The notes beneath the pieces were generated by a model. It was not told the DNA's origin and did no database searches. It saw nothing but the letters and a program-made list of their open reading frames with translations. The position numbers and the translations under genes were made by a program. From the IMG/VR virus record IMGVR_UViG_3300021387_000812: DNA of 20,000 nucleotides. One strand, 5' to 3'. The DNA is from an uncultured virus (IMG/VR IMGVR_UViG_3300021387_000812). Taxonomy: Duplodnaviria; Heunggongvirae; Uroviricota; Caudoviricetes. Positions within the stretch are counted from its first letter, which is position 1. Each line of letters starts with the position of its first letter. This document shows positions 15,513-20,000 of the stretch, in pieces.

Positions 15513-15791
15513 ATGTATTATGCTTTTACACCATTACGCGAAATAGACTTATCGAAAATAAATTGGGAAGCCGCATACGATAAGAATGGTAACGAACTGC
15601 CGCTCGTAAAACAAAAGACAAATAATCCGCACTGGCAGATCTTAAGAGACTGCGCCAACTCAGGCATATACTGCTCCGCGTGCAACAAACTGATGTACGC
15701 CAGGGAGACGAAGCCAAAGAACATATACCTTAACTATTGTCCGAACTGCGGCGCGAAGATGGCGCCGTGGGAACAAGCTGAATGGTTGTAA
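15513..15791 (+). CDS. Zinc-ribbon protein flanked by the two tRNA-like RNAs
   Basis: AAAGGAAG RBS; CSACN...NYCPNCGAKM. Confidence 0.75.
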   Translation: MYYAFTPLREIDLSKINWEAAYDKNGNELPLVKQKTNNPHWQILRDCANSGIYCSACNKLMYARETKPKNIYLNYCPNCGAKMAPWEQAEWL

Positions 15792-15795
15792 TGCA

Positions 15796-16072
15796 TTTGC
15801 GGTGGCGGAATAGACGGGATAGTCTGGCGACATCTCGGTAAAACCGTGGCGTAACACCCGGTAACAGTAGACGCAAAGACAAACTTGACCAGTAGTAATT
15901 AGCGTGGAGACCTTCTGAGCGGAAGCCTGTAAGGTGGATGTGGATGCAAAACCACTGTTAAAGCATAACTGTCCCGCCGGTGGCAAGCGAAGAGCTTAGA
16001 GCCTGAAATCTCTCGCCGATCCTAAATTGCTTTAAAACTGGTTATGCAGGGTGCAAATCCCTGCCCGCATTT
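15796..16072 (+). ncRNA. tRNA-like RNA 2 (about 275 nt, large inserted domains)
   Basis: Shares TGCGGTGGCGGAATAGAC and CAGTAGACGCA with RNA 1; T arm GCAGGG-TGCAAAT-CCCTGC then CCGCAT; long internal helix TGACCAGT/ACTGGTTA. Confidence 0.7.
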
Positions 16073-16102
16073 TACAAGTAAGATGCAAAAGGAGCAGAAC
16101 AA

Positions 16103-16291
16103 ATGACAGTAAGATGCGAACTGTTCAACTACGCAAACGATAAAAGCCCGCTGGATAATCCGAAGGTAATAATCGAAGACGACGGCCCGCTCAACAATCA
16201 GGTCCGCATATCAATCGGAGAAGTGTTTGCGGTCGTAAGCATAACGCAGATGGAAAAGGCGCTGCTCGCATGCGCAAACGTCCCGAAATGA
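16103..16291 (+). CDS. Hypothetical protein (62 aa)
   Basis: AAAGGAG RBS, ATG start. Confidence 0.7.
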   Translation: MTVRCELFNYANDKSPLDNPKVIIEDDGPLNNQVRISIGEVFAVVSITQMEKALLACANVPK

Positions 16292-16301
16292 AGGAGATAG
16301 T

Positions 16302-16514
16302 ATGATACAGGAACAAAGAACATACTGGTGTGACGCTTGCGGCAGAGAGATAAAAAAATACAAATACACAACAAAATTCATTGAGTTCGACGACGATGGG
16401 TATTCTCATTCTGCCGGAAAAGACTTTTGTAAAGACTGTGCAATCTCCTTTCAGAATTGGTTGAAAGAGAGAAGAGCGACAAATCCAGAGAAGAGCTACA
16501 TTGATATGCCGTAA
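16302..16514 (+). CDS. Small zinc-finger protein
   Basis: AAGGAG RBS; WCDACGREI...DFCKDC. Confidence 0.75.
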   Translation: MIQEQRTYWCDACGREIKKYKYTTKFIEFDDDGYSHSAGKDFCKDCAISFQNWLKERRATNPEKSYIDMP

Positions 16515-16523
16515 AGGAGAAGT

Positions 16524-17177
16524 ATGAAAGAATATCATAAGATTGAAACAATCTACGCCAGGGATACCGAAGGCACGAAGAAGCTGATGGAAGGCATCTA
16601 CCGCAACGAAACAATTGAGTTCTTAAGCAAGTGCCAATGGGAGTGGACCGAGAAGGTGGACGGAACCAACGTAAGAATCCGCTGGGACGGACACAAGGTT
16701 GAGTTCGGCGGCCGCACAGATAAGGCTCAAATACCTGCGCCGCTGGTAAACAAGCTGAACGAATACTTCGGCGGCGAAGAGAACGCTCAGCTGTTCGAGC
16801 AGACATTCGGAGACCGCGAAGTTATTATCTTCGGAGAAGGATATGGTGCAAAGATTCAGAGCGGCGGGGATTATACAGACGGTCAGTCTGTAGACTTTAT
16901 AATGTTCGACCTGTTGATCGGAGAGAACTATCAGCCGCGAAACTCTGTATTTGAGTGTGCTAAAACATTCGGCGTCAAAACCGTACCGGCAGTAGGTTGT
17001 GGAACCCTGGAAGAAGCAGTTGAGTTCGTAAAGTCTCATCCCATGTCTACGCTCGGCAACAAGAAGCACGAGATGGAAGGTATTGTCTGCCGGCCGCTCG
17101 TAGAATTGAACGACCGCTGTCATAATCGTGTGATCGTCAAAATCAAATGGGAAGACTTTAAAGGTCTGGTAGGGTAA
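16524..17177 (+). CDS. ATP-dependent RNA ligase, Rnl2-like nucleotidyltransferase domain
   Basis: Motif I EKVDGTN, III IFGEGYG, IIIa FIMFDL, IV EGIVCRP, V IVKIK; no OB or C-terminal domain. Confidence 0.85.
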   Translation: MKEYHKIETIYARDTEGTKKLMEGIYRNETIEFLSKCQWEWTEKVDGTNVRIRWDGHKVEFGGRTDKAQIPAPLVNKLNEYFGGEENAQLFEQTFGDREVIIFGEGYGAKIQSGGDYTDGQSVDFIMFDLLIGENYQPRNSVFECAKTFGVKTVPAVGCGTLEEAVEFVKSHPMSTLGNKKHEMEGIVCRPLVELNDRCHNRVIVKIKWEDFKGLVG

Positions 17178-17197
17178 GTTTATAAGGAGTATAACCT

Positions 17198-17572
17198 ATG
17201 AAGTATCAGGATTTGATGGCAGGAGATCCGGTCTTTATCCCAGGAGAGAAGCGGCCGTTTAAAGTTATCTGCAGAGATGAACGTTATATCATCTGCACAA
17301 AACCATTCAATCCAAAACATACCGTGCGATACTTTATTATCGATCTTGAAAAGGGACTCCGTGGTCCAGATAATATGGTCTTCTGTTCTGGATATGAAAC
17401 CAAAGAACAATGCCAGGACAGATTGAAACAACTGCAAAACGGAGAGATTGAAGTATCTACGCGGAACGCCGTAGAGATAGACCCGAATGAACCGTTGGAT
17501 CTTCGTTATGTTTCAACTGCAAAACTGGAATGGCAACACGAATGTAAAATGTGGGCCGGGAAGAGAGAATGA
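17198..17572 (+). CDS. Phage hypothetical protein
   Basis: AAGGAG RBS; RDERYIICTKPFN...YFIIDLEKGLRGPDN. Confidence 0.75.
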   Translation: MKYQDLMAGDPVFIPGEKRPFKVICRDERYIICTKPFNPKHTVRYFIIDLEKGLRGPDNMVFCSGYETKEQCQDRLKQLQNGEIEVSTRNAVEIDPNEPLDLRYVSTAKLEWQHECKMWAGKRE

Positions 17573-17862
17573 AAATGAGTAACACGATTAAGAAGGTTAT
17601 TATCTTTGCGATAGTATTTGTTATTGTTGTTATCCTGATCTACGGAATCGTAACAACAGTTGGCAACCGTGGTATCGGCGTAGATTTGAACAACAGATTC
17701 AACCGTGCAATCATCAAGCTGGGAGAGACGGTGCACGAGATTGGTATCAAGTCCTGGCGGGACTTTGATGATAGCGATGTTGTACAGATTATCGGAGACG
17801 ATGGTACAGTGTATCTGACACATTACAATAACGTTATCCTTGTTAACAGGAGTGTGAAATAA
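17569..17862 (+). CDS. Membrane-anchored protein
   Basis: ATGA overlap; N-terminal TM helix, then FNRAII...SWRDFDD...DGTVYLTH, resembling small phage lipoprotein-like domains. Confidence 0.72.
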   Translation: MKMSNTIKKVIIFAIVFVIVVILIYGIVTTVGNRGIGVDLNNRFNRAIIKLGETVHEIGIKSWRDFDDSDVVQIIGDDGTVYLTHYNNVILVNRSVK

Positions 17863-17865
17863 TAC

Positions 17866-18096
17866 ATGCCAACATATCACATAGGCACGGGAGAAATCTC
17901 TGGAGAAATATACGCAGGCATTCTCAATAAAAACGGATTAACCTGGAGGAACCGCACGATCGTAACTACTGAAGCTGTTAACGCAGTTCGAGATCATATG
18001 TTTAACAAAATGATCGTAGACAACCTCAGTCATTTTGGGTACGAATGGACACGGAAAGACGGGAAGAAAGTTGTGCTGCAACTGTCCATTGAATGA
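17866..18096 (+). CDS. Phage hypothetical protein (76 aa)
   Basis: IYAGILNK...W...VTTEAVNAVRDHM; abuts the previous gene. Confidence 0.7.
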   Translation: MPTYHIGTGEISGEIYAGILNKNGLTWRNRTIVTTEAVNAVRDHMFNKMIVDNLSHFGYEWTRKDGKKVVLQLSIE

Positions 18097-18202
18097 TGTA
18101 ATGGGCAAGGCGGAAGCCCTTAATCCGGAACCCATCCGGGATAGAAGCGGGGAGAAGCCTACACCACAGTAGAATTTTGTGGAAGGTGGTGAGAATCCAC
18201 CT
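18097..18202 (+). ncRNA. Candidate structured RNA ending in a T-loop hairpin
   Basis: GC-rich intergenic stretch with ATGGG/CCCAT, GGC-GGAA-GCC, CCACAG/TTGTGG and AGGTGG-TGAGAAT-CCACCT. Confidence 0.4.
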
Positions 18203-18222
18203 AATCTAACTAGGAGTTTTTT

Positions 18223-18366
18223 ATGAGCGAACAAAATGCAGAGATTCGATATTCTGATTGTGCCGATGCTCTCCTGAAACTATGGATGGAGAATATTATT
18301 ACAGACGGCGAATATAACCGTATTATGGATAGGTTAAACAAAGCACACAAAGATGGAGTAATTTAA
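18223..18366 (+). CDS. Small protein, SHOCT-like (47 aa)
   Basis: AGGAG RBS; MSEQNAEIRYSDCADALLKLWMENIITDGEYNRIMDRLNKAHKDGVI*; not in the ORF track. Confidence 0.65.
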   Translation: MSEQNAEIRYSDCADALLKLWMENIITDGEYNRIMDRLNKAHKDGVI

Positions 18367-18367
18367 A

Positions 18368-18538
18368 ATGCGTAGGTCTGATATTTGTCCAACATGTGGC
18401 ACTCATTTGCGTTGGCAACCACCGTCATATACAGAATGGGGATGCGCGATGTGGTTTTGCACTCGATGCAAATACAAGCGGCCGGAAGGCAGTCCAATGA
18501 CATATCCATGGTTGAAACGAAGAAGGAAAAGGAAATAA
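18368..18538 (+). CDS. Small basic zinc-ribbon protein (56 aa)
   Basis: GGAG RBS; CPTCG...WFCTRCKY, basic tail; not in the ORF track. Confidence 0.65.
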   Translation: MRRSDICPTCGTHLRWQPPSYTEWGCAMWFCTRCKYKRPEGSPMTYPWLKRRRKRK

Positions 18539-18568
18539 CTTAAATCAACACTCTAAAGGAGTATTGCT

Positions 18569-18664
18569 ATGATAATCCGTGGAGTATGCGGGGAAAAAGC
18601 ATACAAAAAAGCGAGATTCAAACGGGCACTTGCAAGATTTGATGCTTGGTGCTATCGGCAGTGA
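18569..18664 (+). CDS. Putative 31-aa peptide
   Basis: AAAGGAG RBS; MIIRGVCGEKAYKKARFKRALARFDAWCYRQ*. Confidence 0.45.
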   Translation: MIIRGVCGEKAYKKARFKRALARFDAWCYRQ

Positions 18665-18695
18665 AAATTCGTTAAGTAACACAATGGAGGGCATT

Positions 18696-18872
18696 ATGAC
18701 AAAAGAGGACATTCGCAAAAAAGAAATCGAAGGACAGCTTGAGAGTATCAAAAACATCGTAGATAACGATGTGCGTCTTGCTGTATCTCCAGATAACTGG
18801 TGCATCTATTCGCACTTATATGATGAAATCGAACAACTTGAAACGCTCTTGAAACTAAATGGAGTGATTTAA
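18696..18872 (+). CDS. Hypothetical protein (58 aa)
   Basis: GGAGG RBS before ATG 18696; MTKEDIRKKE...LNGVI*. Confidence 0.65.
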   Translation: MTKEDIRKKEIEGQLESIKNIVDNDVRLAVSPDNWCIYSHLYDEIEQLETLLKLNGVI

Positions 18873-18985
18873 ATGACCTGTTGTTTCGACGGAAGGGGTA
18901 TGAAATAGTACCGTGAGACTGGTTGTCGTGTAATATTGTTTGTCGCATAAACATTCCACACGTCTGAATCAAATAGGAGTTTAAA

Positions 18986-19150
18986 ATGATTGCCTTTAAA
19001 ATGGTTGTCATAGGTAAACGTGCGTACGGCACGGATCAGTTCAGATGGTTTTATCACCCGTTGTTACCGCAGAACGAAAAGGAATTCTTTCATTTCTTTG
19101 TTTGGTTCGGCAAGAATTGGTATATATGTTGGCATAAGAAAGGTAAATAA
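18986..19150 (+). CDS. Small aromatic-rich protein (54 aa)
   Basis: AGGAG RBS; MIAFKMVVIGKRAYGTDQFRWFYHPLLPQNEKEFFHFFVWFGKNWYICWHKKGK*. Confidence 0.55.
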   Translation: MIAFKMVVIGKRAYGTDQFRWFYHPLLPQNEKEFFHFFVWFGKNWYICWHKKGK

Positions 19151-19170
19151 CTCTTTTCGGAGGGGCCGGT

Positions 19171-19569
19171 ATGAAAAAGAAGACTTTGTTGGTTTTTGCG
19201 TTGCTAATCATGATGGTGTTACTGAGTGCATGCAGACAGAGCGAGACGGTGACCTACAATCTGAAGCGGGAAGCGGACGACTTCAACATTCGGAGAAGAA
19301 TTACGGTGTTGAATACGCGGACGGATACGCCGATGATGCAGATTACCGGGTTGCTGGCGATAAGTACGGATGACGATGGGGACCTGAACATCACGATTGA
19401 GAAAGCTCCTGGTGAGTACGCGTTAAACTTTGCACACCTGTCACAGGACACGACATACATTGTGGAGCAGATTCAAACGAAAGAAGTCAGCAAGTATCAG
19501 TACGAGATTAAGTTTTATCCTTCGCAGCTCATCAGCGGGTGGTATGACGTGCAGTTGAAGGATGACTAA
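19171..19569 (+). CDS. Phage lipoprotein
   Basis: GGAGG RBS; signal peptide with lipobox LSAC; YNLKREADDFNIRRRITVLN resembles a recurrent Firmicutes phage lipoprotein family. Confidence 0.82.
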   Translation: MKKKTLLVFALLIMMVLLSACRQSETVTYNLKREADDFNIRRRITVLNTRTDTPMMQITGLLAISTDDDGDLNITIEKAPGEYALNFAHLSQDTTYIVEQIQTKEVSKYQYEIKFYPSQLISGWYDVQLKDD

Positions 19570-19801
19570 TAACACTTTTATAAGTAACGATATGAGTGAA
19601 GAACCGAAGAGATGGAAAGATGTTTTCCATCACGGGTTTGGGTATACAGTTTGCCCGTATTGCGGTGACGAGACATGTTGGTATAATCCTGCAAGCCAAC
19701 GTTTTCAAAGCGACCTTAAAAACAATCAGCGAGAGCATTGCCCGAAGTGTGGGAAACGTGTTTATGCTCGTGAAGGTTGGATTATGAATCAACCTTCATG
19801 A
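19562..19801 (+). CDS. Small zinc-ribbon protein
   Basis: VCPYCG...HCPKCGKRV; overlaps the previous stop. Confidence 0.65.
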   Translation: MTNNTFISNDMSEEPKRWKDVFHHGFGYTVCPYCGDETCWYNPASQRFQSDLKNNQREHCPKCGKRVYAREGWIMNQPS

Positions 19802-19829
19802 TTCAAATAACCTATTAAAGGAGGACAAC

Positions 19830-20000
19830 ATGGAAACACCGTTTGCAAACGATATGTTTTCAATTTTCTACAAGGCATTTAAAAACCTTTGTAACAAAAA
19901 AGTTGACGTTCAATGGGTCAATGAAATAGAACCAGTCGAAGGCGAAGAAGTGTCCGGTATAACTCGATTCTTCGATGATGGCACGATTGAAATCTATATT
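19830..20000 (+). CDS. Partial (5' end) hypothetical protein
   Basis: AAAGGAGG RBS; METPFANDMF...GITRFFDDGTIEIYI, open to the window end. Confidence 0.7.
   Translation, partial: METPFANDMFSIFYKAFKNLCNKKVDVQWVNEIEPVEGEEVSGITRFFDDGTIEIYI

Noticed and set aside
15348..16072. Canonical tRNA-Leu/Ser genes, tmRNA or intron-containing tRNA
   Set aside because: No 5-bp/7-nt anticodon arm can be drawn, D loops carry 40-50 nt inserts, there is no CCA or tag ORF, and I could not identify group I intron core elements.
18873..18950. TAG read-through / alternative genetic code (MTCCFDGRGMK*YRETG...)
   Set aside because: All long genes are intact under the standard code, the extended frame is still tiny, and no suppressor tRNA is visible.
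160..19792. Minus-strand ORFs from the six-frame track (e.g. 160-909, 11843-12346, 16623-17123)
   Set aside because: Nearly all are shadows of better-supported + strand genes or RNA elements, and none has a recognisable motif.

Overview
This is an early/accessory region of a temperate phage, probably infecting a Clostridia-like Firmicute. Every credible gene lies on the + strand and genes are tightly packed. Left: small zinc-ribbon and Lar-like genes, a Tn916-type excisionase and tyrosine integrase, and an attP-like site carrying a replacement 3' end of lysS (LLFPTMKP). Centre (about 4.65-11.1 kb): an array of roughly 25 short genes and remnants joined by a conserved DNA junction repeat (consensus GGCGGTGAAGTGGGAATGA). 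These genes are built from shuffled modules around a second internal repeat (CTGAAAGAGCAGGAAGC, LKEQEA), and decayed copies are present. Right: a three-gene cassette (Met/Gly-rich protein, vWA protein, divergent adenylosuccinate-synthetase-like enzyme), two related tRNA-like RNAs with large insertions and no anticodon arm, other candidate structured RNAs, an Rnl2-type RNA ligase and small membrane/lipoproteins. All family assignments come from motif recognition by eye; no database search was run.
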